DNA of 64,000 nt from Callorhinchus milii (taxonomy: Eukaryota). Positions 51,901 to 62,549 of the stretch are shown piece after piece. Position 1 is the stretch's first letter. Each line of letters opens with the position of its first letter. The position numbers were made by a program, and so were the translations under genes. The DNA lies in the NCBI RefSeq assembly GCF_018977255.1, contig NW_024704742.1:138820001-138884000 (forward strand), in the 5' to 3' direction. Below the pieces are notes generated by a model, which worked only from the letters and a program-made list of their open reading frames with translations, was not told the DNA's origin and did not search any database.

Positions 51901-53058
51901 AAGGATAAACCCGGGAACTACCGGCCAGTGCCTAACGTCAGTCATGGGGAAACTTCTAGAGACTATAATCCGGGACAAAATAAATTTTCACTTAGAAAAA
52001 TTTGGGTTAATAAAGGACAGTCAATGTGGATTTGTTAAAGGCAAATCATGGTGAACAAACCTGATAGAGTTTTTTAATGCAGTAACGGAGAGGGCGGATG
52101 AAGGGAGTGCAGGTGATGTAGTTTATATGGATTGTCCATATGACAAAGTGCCACATAAGAGACTTGTAAACAGAATCGAAGCCCCGGTATTAAAGGGACA
52201 GTGGCAGCGGATACAGAACTGGGAGACAGAGAGCAGAGAGTGTGGGGAACGGTTGTTTCTCTGACTGGAGGGAAGTGTGCAGTGGTGTCCCCCGGGGGCC
52301 AGTATTGGGGCCACTGCTGTTTGTGATCTATATAAATGACCTGGGCTTGGGGAGAGGGAGGACAATTTCCAAGTTTGCAGATGATACTGAGCTGGGAAAG
52401 TAGTAACCAGTGAGGAGGACAGTCGCAGCCTGTAAATGGCCATAGACAGACTGGTAACGTGGGCCGACACGGGGCAGATGGCGTTTAATGTGGAGAAATG
52501 CAAAGTGATGGAGTTTGGGAGGAAAAACCCACAAATATACAGTCAATTCACTTTACAGTCTATTCTGTAAAGCACTTTGAGACGTCGAGAAGACATGAAA
52601 AGCGCTATATCAAATGCCAGGATTATTATTTTTATTACAAAAACGAGAGGCAATATAAGCTGATGGTAAAATCTTAAAGGGGGTGAAGGGACAGAGAGAC
52701 CTGGGGGTCATATAGTAAATCTCTGAAGGTGGCCGGACAGGTAGATACAGCTGTTAATAAAGCATCCGGACACGAGGCTTTATAAATAGGGCATAGAATA
52801 CACAAGTCAGGAAGTCACGATGAACCTTTATATGAAACACTGGTGGGGCCTCAGCGAGAGACTGGGCTCAGTTCTGGGCCCCACACTTTAGGAAGAATGA
52901 GATTTACCAGTAAATAATTATTTGGGGAGGACACGTTTGCAGGAATATGGGGAGAGCGCGGAGAGTGTGATTGAATTGGAAGCTCTTTTAAAAGAGCCGA
53001 CACAGACACAATGGGCCGAATGGCCTCCTTCTGTGCTGTATAATTCTCTGATTCTATG
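49000..53058 (+). mobile_element. Defective full-length-like CR1 (5' unit, ORF1, ORF2, tail) with SINE insertions at 49837-50159 (-), ~50313-50368 and ~52525-52640
   Basis: MAGQL..CTMCAMWEL zinc finger at ~49151, GDTMVKG esterase, APE and RT remnants, gattctatga tail. Confidence 0.87.
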
Positions 53059-53074
53059 AATATGTGTTTGATGG

Positions 53075-53740
53075 TCAGGCTGTGTGTAAATGTGAGTGTT
53101 GGTGTGATGGATGGCCAGGCTGCCTGCGTGTGTGTGTGTGAGTGTTGGTGTGATGGCCAGGCTGTGTGTGTGTGTGAGTGTTGGTGTGATGGCCAGGCTG
53201 TGTGTGTGCGTGTGTGTGTGTTGGTGTGATGGCCAGGCGGCCTGTGTGTGTGTGTGTGTGTGTGGTGTGTGTGTGTGTGTGTGTGTGTGTTGGTGTGATA
53301 GCCAGGGTGGGGGGGGTGGGTGGTGTGTGGGGTGTGTGTGGTGTGTGTTGGTGTGATGGCCAGGCTGCCTGTGTGTGTGTTGGTGTGATGGCCAGGCTGC
53401 CTGTGTGTGTGTTGGTGTGATGGCCAGGCTGCCTGTGTGTGTGTGTGTGTGTTGGTGTGATGGCCAGGCTGCCTGTGTGTGTGGTGTGTTGGTGTGATGG
53501 CCAGGCTGCCTGTGTGTGTGTTGGTGTGATGGCCAGGCTGCCTGTGTGTGTGTGTGTGTTGGTGTGATGGCCAGGCTGCCTGTGTGTGTGGTGTGTGGCT
53601 GCTGTGGTGTTGTGTGTTGGTGTGATGGCCAGGCTGCCTGTGTGTGTGTTGGTGTGATGGCCAGGCTGTGTGTTTGGTGTGATGGCCAGGCTGCCTGTGT
53701 GTGTGTTGGTGTGATGGCCAGGCTGCCTGTGTGTGTGTAT
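53075..53740. repeat. Compound minisatellite [tggtgtgatggccaggctgcct(gt)n], 35 bp from the exon ~22 donor
   Basis: About 17 units; related units at 46890-46975, 48000-48235 and 48840-49000. Confidence 0.92.
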
Positions 53741-53774
53741 GTATAATGACAACTATTTGGAGCTTTTCACTCAC

Positions 53775-53857
53775 TTTTTGAGAAACACTGACAGGAAGTT
53801 CTGTGCGGTTCGCATTGCCGTTTCATACGAGTTGGTAATGAGAACATCCTGATCCAC
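53775..53857 (-). CDS. NIPBL: NIPBL exon (~exon 22), 83 bp, VDQDVLITNSYETAMRTAQNFLSVFLK(K)
   Basis: Manual translation; cag|GTG acceptor, AA|gtgagt donor. Confidence 0.93.
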
Positions 53858-53909
53858 CTGCAAACAAGACAAATGACAGATGAAGGTAATGTTTCAGTGG
53901 ATCGAGTTA

Positions 53910-54720
53910 TACACAACAACAACAAAATTACATGTGTATAGCGCCTTTCACATCAGGAGGACGTCCCAAGGCGCTGGACAGAGTTATAAAACCGAGCTGG
54001 GGCCAGGGTGGGGAAAGGTGGAGGGTAGTGGGGAAGCAGGCAGATCAAAAGCACAATCGAAGAGGAGGATCTTGAGGTGGGTCTTGAAGGTAGTGAGGGA
54101 GGGGGTAAGGTGGAGGGACTGTGGGATGGAGTTCCAGAGGGCGGGGGCAGAGTGACTGAAGGCCTGGCCGCCGATAATGGGGTGAGCGAGGCGGGGAACG
54201 TGAAGCAGGCCAGAGCCCGCTGAACGGAGGGAGCAAACAGGGTGGTATGTGATTAGGGGGTCTGAGAGGTTGGGGGAACAAGACCATGAAGGGCTTTGAG
54301 GTGAGGACCAGGATCTTGAACTGTATCCTCTGTGTGATGGGAAGTCAGTGGAGTTGGGCAAGGATGGGGGTGATAGGGTCACAGAATTGATGTAATGGAG
54401 GGGTGTGTGAGGGTCTCGGGGGCTGCGGTGTGACAGTGGGAGAGTCGGTCCATGTTGCGGGGGTGGGGGAGGCAGAGCAGGTCATGGCGCAGATGGGGGG
54501 TAGAAAGGATAGTTGAGGGTCAAACCAGACCCCAAGGTTTGGGACTGGCGCAGTGAGGGGGAGTGAGCCCCAGGGATGGTGATGCTGTCAGGGCCTGAGG
54601 TGTGGAGGCGCTGACGGGAGCCAATCAGGAGCCTCGGTCTTGTTGACGTTAAAAGTTTGCCCTCATCCAGGACTTGACGTCTGACAGACATTCTGTCAGG
54701 ACAGCAGTGGGTCCTGGAGT
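53910..54720 (-). mobile_element. Older L2 fragment; a second L2 (+) lies at ~54860-55380
   Basis: ORF 53984..54382 (GGQAFSHSAPALWNSIP..FKTHLK); tail at ~53912. Confidence 0.78.
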
Positions 54721-55560
54721 CAAGCCACAGCTAGAGCTGGTCCTCAGGGTTAATATCAACAACAGTGATGGACAGTTTTATAAAAGAGATAGCGACTCAC
54801 TTTGCAGCGAATTGCACCTTAATTCACATATCCCAGGCTCCACATTATTTTGGTAAATGCTTGTCGGCCTTCCCAATTCTTTCCTCCACAAACTGCAGAT
54901 CATCTCGAACTCTGCAGTTCGTGTCCTCTCCCGCACCAGGCTCCGTGACCCCCATCACCCCCACCCTCACTCGGCTCCACTGGCTCACCATCCCCCAGAG
55001 GATACAGTTCAAAATCCGTGGCCTCATCTTCCAGGCTCTCCACAGCCTTGCCCCCTCCTACCTCTGTGATACCAGCCTGTCCGCTCCCTCCGTTTAGCAG
55101 GTTCTGGCCTGCACCACGACCCCAGTGTGGCACACTATCGGCGGTCAGGCATTTACCCTCTCTGCCCCCACCCTCTGGAACTCAGTCCCTTCGCCTCACT
55201 CCCTTCCTGGCCTCCTTCAAGGCACATCTTAAGACTCTTCGACCATGTCTTCACCAACCTTTTACCCTCCCTGCCCTCCACCCTCCCTGATCCCGACCCC
55301 CAACTCGGGTCCAAATCCCTGACTATCGAGCGCCTTGGACATCCTCCCAACGTGAAAGGTGCCGTGTAAATGTCATTTTGTATTGTAAATGTTCTCAGGA
55401 ATAATGCACACGTAACAGCTGTGGTCACGGAAAGATCATGAGGGCTGGAGTTGGGCTAATGCTGCTCATATGGACTCTGCATTCAGTCAAATTAACCCAA
55501 CATTTTACCACTTCCCAAATCCAGGATTGGTCTTTAACAATAATAATTATTTAATAAGAA

Positions 55561-55919
55561 TATAATAATCCTTACATTTGATATGGCGCCTTATCACATC
55601 TTCGAGACGTCTCAAAGTGCCTCACAGAATATACTGTAAACTGAATTCACTGTGTATTTTGTGGTTGAAACACAGCAGCCAATTGCGCACAGCAGTATCC
55701 CACAAACAGTCGTGGATTGAGTGACCAAATTTTTATTATTTTTTAAAAAAGGAATTATTAACCCCAGAAATCAACTAACAAATGGGTTCCTACTTACTGC
55801 TGGATAAACAGAGGCATGTGGAGTAAGGAAACTTGCCAAATGTTTCTCCCTGCCTGGGAATCGAACCCAGGTCTCTTGCTTGCGAGGCGAGTGCTCTAAC
55901 CACTAAGCTACACAATTCC
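55561..55919 (-). mobile_element. Full-length tRNA-derived SINE
   Basis: Head with B-box ggttcgattccc, body and (ATT)n tail. Confidence 0.83.
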
Positions 55920-56007
55920 ATTCTGTACAATCATCAGTCTAGCCACGAACAGCACAGCTTCGCTCGGCTTGGCTGGCTTGGTGTCTGTGTAGTCAGCTAT
56001 CTCTTAC

Positions 56008-56146
56008 CTTCTTCTCGCCATCCTCATCGAGAGTGCTGTCCTTCTCAGTCACCGGCAGATGCACCACGCATTGAATCAGCTGCAACACCAAGGCAGTCAC
56101 CATCTGAATGAAGAGGGGCTCGCCATCCATGTCACTGCTGTTTAAC
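56008..56146 (-). CDS. NIPBL: NIPBL exon (~exon 21), 139 bp, LNSSDMDGEPLFIQMVTALVLQLIQCVVHLPVTEKDSTLDEDGEKK
   Basis: Within ORF 55993..56190; cag|G acceptor, AAG|gtaag donor. Confidence 0.94.
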
Positions 56147-56576
56147 CTGTTACACAAGAACAAGTACTGGGAAATGAGGCAGAGAAACACTGCATTTGAT
56201 ACAGCACTTTATCACGTCTTCCAAACGTCTCACTGTAAAGTGAATTGATTGTATATTTTGTGGGTGAAACACAGCAGCCAATTCATATGGCGTTAACCCT
56301 GAGGATGTATGAAGAAGGAACATGCAGATGAGGAAAAGAACAAGGGTTTTTCTTTGGAGGGAGAGGGTGGAGTTTTGGAGATGGGTGAGCCAGATTTGTT
56401 GCGGTATAAGCCAGAGAGCCAGAGTGAGTGAGTATTGGGGGCGGTGGGGAGTAGAGAAAGAAAAAAGAGCAGGTCCCATTTAGTGCGATAACTGGTTCTG
56501 TTGTACATTGGAATAAAGTGTAACCAGTGCTCCACCACTGAACACGTCATTGCAGTTACAATGCTCAGTTCATCAC

Positions 56577-56677
56577 CTGAAGTTTCTCAAACTCCTCTTG
56601 CTTGTCGGGAGCTTTGCAAGCGAGGCAAACATCTCTTCTAAAATCAGCTGTCTGTGCTTCTCATATCTGGAAAAGAC
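56577..56677 (-). CDS. NIPBL: NIPBL exon (~exon 20), 101 bp, VFSRYEKHRQLILEEMFASLAKLPTSKRSLRNF(R)
   Basis: Manual translation; cag|GTC acceptor, AG|gtgatg donor; phase matches next exon. Confidence 0.93.
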
Positions 56678-56724
56678 CTGTGGATATTCCAAAAAAGAGG
56701 CTTAGGGTAGTCGTGAATTATGCA

Positions 56725-59335
56725 TAAGAACATAGAAACAGGAGGCCACTCAGCCCCTCAAGCCTGTTCTGTCATTCAATAAGATTCCTTGTCCCACATC
56801 CCTTGATACTCTGACCAAACAAACATCTATCCACCTCAGTCTGGACAATGTGAATGGATCCAGCCATAATCCACAGCCTTATTACTGGAGGAGGAGGGGG
56901 GGGCTGGAGGTGGTGGCGCTGGAGGAGGTGGAGGCACTGGAGGAGAGGGGGCTGGAGGAGTGTGGGCCTGGACGAGGGAGAGGGGGGGGGGGGGGCTGGA
57001 TGAGGGGGCGGGGCTGGACGAGGCGGGGTGCCTAGAGAGTGAAACTGGAGGAGCTGGAGGACGTGGGGTTGGAGGAGGAGAAGGGCGAACAACTCTCTCT
57101 GTGAAAACATTTCTCCTCACCTCCCTTCTGTTTCTTTTAACAACCATTTTAAACCGGTGCCCTCGGGTTCCCGACCCACCGCCAGTGGGAATAGTCTCTC
57201 CTGTTCACTCTATCGAATCCCCTCATCATTTTGAAAACTTCTATTAAGTTTCCTCTTAACCTTCTCTGTTCCCCGGAGAATAATCCTCACTTCTCTGCCT
57301 CTCCTGATCACTGAAGGCCCTCATTCCTGGTACCATTCTGGTCAATCTCCTTCGCTCCCTCTCCAATGCCTTGACATCCTTCCTAAAGTGTGGGGCCCAG
57401 AACTGAGCCCAGTCTCTCGCTGAGGCCCCACCAGTGTTTTATATAAAGGTTCATCGTGACTTCCTGACTTGTGTATTCTATGCCCTATTTATAAAGCTGT
57501 ACGATTCTATGATTCTATGAACTAACTTAAATCAGTGTCCTCGAATTACTGACCCACATGGAAACAGTTTTTCCGGTTCAACCTATCCCATATCCCTTAA
57601 TCCCTCGATCCTTTAGAAACCTATCAACCTCAGTCGAGAATATGTTCAAGGACTGACTGAGTATCCACAGCCTCTGGGGTAGAGTATTCCACAAACTCAC
57701 TGGCCTCTGAGTGAAGAAATGTTTCCTCAACTCAGTTCAAAAAGGCTGACCCTTAATCTTGAGACTATGACCCCCTAGTTATAGATTCTCCAACCGGGGA
57801 AACAGTCTCACGGCATCTCCCCTGTCACGACCCTTACAAATCTTATAGGTTTCGATAAGATCACCTCGAATTCTTCTATATTCTGGAGAATATAGGCCTT
57901 GTTTACTCAACCTCTCCTCACAGGTCAACCCCCTCATCCCAGGAACCGACCGAGTGAATCTACGCTGCACCCCCTCTAAGGCGAGAATGTCCTTTCTTAA
58001 ATAAGGAGACCAAAACTGCACACCATACTCCATGTGCGGTCTCCCCAAGGCCTTACACGACTTCCCTACTCTGCACTCTAACTGCTGTACCTACAGAATA
58101 ACCTTTTGGGACTGGTGTACAAGGATCCCAAATCCCTCTGAACACTATCTCGTCTCCCCCTCTAGAAAATAATGGGCTTTTCTGTTTTACTACCTCGGTG
58201 AATAACTTCACATTTCCCCACATTATACTCCATCTGCCCACTCCCCTCGTCTGTCTATTTCCCTTTGCATTCTTCGTGTGTCGTCCTCACAGTTACTCTC
58301 CCACCCATCTGCGTATCATCCAAAAACAAAGCACCCACTATCTCAGCCGCCACCTTTTTATACACCCGGGGATGGATCGATTTTTAATCCTATAAATTTC
58401 TCTAGTACTATTGCTTTACTGATGTTCATTTCTTTAAGTTCCTCACTAACATTAAACGTTTGGCATTGCTGGTCTACTGTTATTTTTTATCTAATTTCCC
58501 AGTCTATTTTAGCCAAATCCTCTCTCATAACTGCAAAGTTGGCTTTATTTAGATTTAAGATCCTTGCTTCGGATTCAACTACATCACTCTCTAACTTAAG
58601 GTTAAATTCATTCATGTTATGGTCACTCTGCCCGAGAGGAGCCTTAACTTCCAGAATGCTGATTAACCCGATTTCATTACGCAGAACAAGATAAAACTAA
58701 TCAGCAATCTGGACGTTAAGCCACATTAAACGTCATCTGCCCCGTGTCGGCCCATGTTACCAGTCTGTCTATGGCCATTTACAGGCTGCGACTGTCCTCC
58801 TCACTGGTTACTACTTTCCCAGCTCAGTATCATCTGCAAACGTGGGAATTGTCCTCCCTCTCCCCAAGCCCAGGTCATTTATATAGATCACAAACAGCAG
58901 TGGCCCCAATACTGGCCCCCGGGGGACACCACTGCACACTTCCCTCCAGTCAGAGAAACAACCGTTCCCCACACTCTCTGCTCTCTGTCTCCCAGTTCTG
59001 TATCCGCTGCCACTGTCCCTTTAATACCGGGGCTTCGATTCTGTTTACAAGTCTCTTATGTGGCACTTTGTCATATGGACAATCCATATAAACTACATCA
59101 CCTGCACTCCCTTCATCCGCCCTCTCCGTTACTGCATTAAAAAACTATCAGGTTTGTTCACCATGATTTGCCTTTAACAAATCCACATTGACTGTCCTTT
59201 ATTAACCCAAATTTTTTTAAGTGAAAAATTTCCTTTGACTAATCTTTCAGTCTTTATATACTTATAAATTACCTTAGAGTTCCGTTCTTTGTTACCCGCT
59301 AATCCTTTCTCATACAATCTCTTTGCCCCTCTTAT
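56725..59335 (-). mobile_element. Mosaic of CR1 fragments; 58722-59228 is an inverted near-copy of 51983-52492
   Basis: ORF 57779..58048 (VQFWSPY..VQRRFTR..RRIRGDLI); ORF 58744..59091 nearly identical to 52123..52503. Confidence 0.8.
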
Positions 59336-59339
59336 GTCT

Positions 59340-60372
59340 TGTTTGACCTTCCACTATCCTTCCTACCCCACATCTGCCCCATGACCCGCTCTGCCTCCCC
59401 CACCTCCGCAACATCGCCCGGTTCCCCCACTGTCTCACACCACAGCCCCCGAGACCCTCACACACCCCTCCATTACAGCCAGACTCCACTATGCAAACTC
59501 CCTGTTTGTTGGCCCCCAACCCCTCCCTCCACAGACTGCAGATCATCCCGAACTAACTCTGCAGCCCATGTCCTCTCCCCCACCCCATCACCCCCATCCT
59601 CACCCCCACCAGGCTCCCCGACCCCATCACCCCCATCCTCACCCCCACCAGGCTCCCCGACCCCATCACCCCCATCCTCACCCCCACCAGGCTCCCCAAC
59701 CCCATCACCCCCATCCTCACCCCCACCGGCTCCCCGACCCCATCACCCCATCCTCACCCCCACCAGGCTCCCCGACCCCATCACCCCCATCCTCACCCCC
59801 ACCAGGCTCCGTGACCCCATCACCCGCATCCTCACCCCCACCAGGCTCCCCGATCCCATCACCCCCATCCTCACCCCCAAGGCTTCATGACCATATCTCC
59901 CCCATCCTCACCCCCACCAGCCTCCGTGACCATATCTCCCCCATCCTCCCCTGACCCCACTGGCTTCCCATCACACAGAGGATACAGTTCAAGATCCTGG
60001 TCCTCACCTTTAAAGCCCTCCATGGCCTCGCTCCCCCCAACCTCTGCGACCTCCTAACCCCCTACCATCCTGCTCGCTCACTTCGCTCAGTGTGCTCCGG
60101 CCTGCTTCACGTCCCCCACCTCGCTCGCCCCAACGTTGGTGGGTTGGCCTTCTGCCACTCTGTCACTACCCTCTGGAACTTCATCCAGCAGTCCCTCCAC
60201 CTCGCCTCCTCCCTTGCCACCTTCAAGACCCATCTCAAGACCCTCCTCGTCGATGTGCTTTCGATCTGCCTGCTTCCCCCACCGCCCTCCACCCTCCTTG
60301 ATCCCGATCCCCACCTCAGGTCCGGAAACACTGACTGTCTAGGGCCTTGGAACACCCTCCCGACGTGAAAGT
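59340..60372 (+). mobile_element. L2 fragment containing a ~39-bp minisatellite (59575-59950)
   Basis: Repeated ccccatcacccccatcctcacccccaccaggctccccga at the 'PITPIL' site; downstream HWLP..FKIL..LWN. Confidence 0.85.
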
Positions 60373-61282
60373 TACGGACACTTACACATATGCCCACATG
60401 CAGCCTGACTATCACACCTTAATTCCCACTCTCACCAAATTCCTTAACAGAATTCTCATTACGTTCCACCTCACTCAGTTCCCTCCTCACACTGCTGGGC
60501 TCTCTGCTCTAGAACTTTTGGTGTTTGCAGCTGGATCATAGAATCATACAGCACAGAAGGAGTCCATTGGCCCATCATGCCTGTGCCAGCTGTTTGGAAG
60601 AGCTACCAACTCGTCCCACTCTTACCCCAAGGCTCTGCACATTTTTCCTTTTTAAGTACCTATCCAATTCTCTTTTGAAAGCGATTATCGAATCTGCTTC
60701 CACTAGCCTTTCAGGCAGTGCATTCAAAACCATAACAACTCTCTGGGTAAAATCATTCCTCCACACCCCTTATTCCCTGTTTCCCCTTTGGTTATTTTGC
60801 CAATTGTCTTAAATCTGTGTCCTCTAGTTACTGACCCACCTGCCAGAGGAAACAGTTTCCCCCTATCTACACTATCAAAACCCCTCATAATTTTGATCAT
60901 AATTTTACATACTCAGTCCAAACAGCCAGAAGCCCTCTTCTTGAGAGTTCTGGGGAGTTGAAAATACATAAGTGTGAATCAGACTCAAAGCTGAAGTCTG
61001 AGCCAAAAGTCCACACAATGTCAGATTATTACACACTGTATCTGGTAGGATTCCTATGTACACTGCCACACTCACAGGGTTAGGAGGTACTTACAGCTGT
61101 AACCACACACAACAAAATTAAATTTGCATAGTGCCTTTCACGTTGGGAGGACATACACAACCACACTCACAGGATTCCCACACCCACACAGCCACACTCA
61201 CAGGATTCCCACACCCACACAGTCACACTCACAGGATTCCTACATCCACACAGCCACACTCACAGAGTTAGGAGATACTTAC

Positions 61283-61363
61283 AGCTGTAACCAGCTTGAT
61301 GGCGCACAGCTGCAGTTCGCTGACGTTTTCTACAAAGAACGGTGTGATTCCCATGGAGGAAAC
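61283..61363 (-). CDS. NIPBL: NIPBL-family coding exon (~human exon 19), 81 bp, VSSMGITPFFVENVSELQLCAIKLVTA
   Basis: Manual translation matches recalled NIPBL sequence; ctag|GTT acceptor and GCT|gtaagt donor; phase 0-0. Confidence 0.93.
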
Positions 61364-61377
61364 CTAGCAGACAAAAG

Positions 61378-61748
61378 ATAATAATAATAACTTGCATTTC
61401 ATGTAGTGCCTTATCATGTCTTCAAGCTGTCTTAAAGCATTTCACAGAATATACTGTAAAGTGACTGTATATTTTGTGGGTGAAACCCAGCAGCCAAATG
61501 CGCATAGTAGTCCCTCACAAACATTCATGGATTGAGTGACCCAATTATTATTATTATTTATTTATTTTTTTGAAGGGATTATTAACCCGGAAAAGGCGAC
61601 AAACAAGAGGATTCCTATTTACTGCTGGTAAACAGAGGCGTGTGGAGTTCATAAACTTGCCTAACGTTTAGCCCAGCTGGGAATCGAACAAACCCAGGTC
61701 CTCTTGCTTGTGAGGCGAGTCCTTTAACCACTAAGATTATAGGACTCC
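61378..61748 (-). mobile_element. tRNA-derived SINE ending ~15 bp from the exon ~19 acceptor
   Basis: Head ggagtcctat.., body, (TTA)n tail. Confidence 0.8.
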
Positions 61749-62549
61749 ACACTTACTGCCTATACACACATGACAAACAGCAACAGCCACTCAGATACCT
61801 GCACACACCATCTCCCCCTAAACCACATGGACTTGAGTAGTGAAATGAGGTAAAAGGCCCACTTATGAAGTCACGCAGCAAATGTAACAGCCCTTCACCT
61901 GTTCTCTGGCTGCAGGGTTACCAGGATCTGAGTGGGAAGATTCCCTGCCCCCAGTGTCTAGTCTGTCCTTCTAGGTTCTGCCGATGAGCTAGGCTGGGCT
62001 GTGCCATCATCAGTAGTCCCCTGAAGTACTGCAGGCCTGCGTGGCTGAGGAAGCGGACAAGAGACCAGGCCAGAGACCTATGTCAGGGTCTTTAAACTCA
62101 GAGTCTATCTCAGTTGGAGGCGTACTGCATTGATGCAACATTAAAACACAGTCCCGTCTGCCTATTCAGGTTAAAGATCTCACGGCACTATTTGAAAAGG
62201 GAAGGGAGTTTCTTGCTCCAGGTGTCCCTGGCCAACAATATCCCAAATAGGATTCACTCCTATTAAAAGGATTCACATGCTAATAAAGGATGAGATAAAA
62301 ACAGAAGAGTGAAGGGATTTTAAATCAGAAAATCAAGATGTAAGAAACAAGGGCCAGAAAACACGAGTGAGAGTAGTTTATAGACCCCCTAACAGCAGTT
62401 ACAGTATTGGGCAGGATAATTAGAGGAGCATGTAGCAAAGGAAATACACTAATGGTGAGTGATTTCAATCTTCATATAGACTGGGAAAACCAAATTGGCA
62501 AAGGTAAATTAGAGGATGAGTTTATAGAATGCCCCTCAGGTCTCCTCAA

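Noticed and set aside
52851..53774. 307-aa His/Thr-rich ORF starting at the exon ~22 donor
   Set aside because: Translation of a CA-rich minisatellite; its 'start' is the GT donor
56885..57080. Poly-proline ORFs resembling a formin/WASP-like exon
   Set aside because: Low-complexity G-rich stretch within a CR1 3' fragment, with no convincing splice sites
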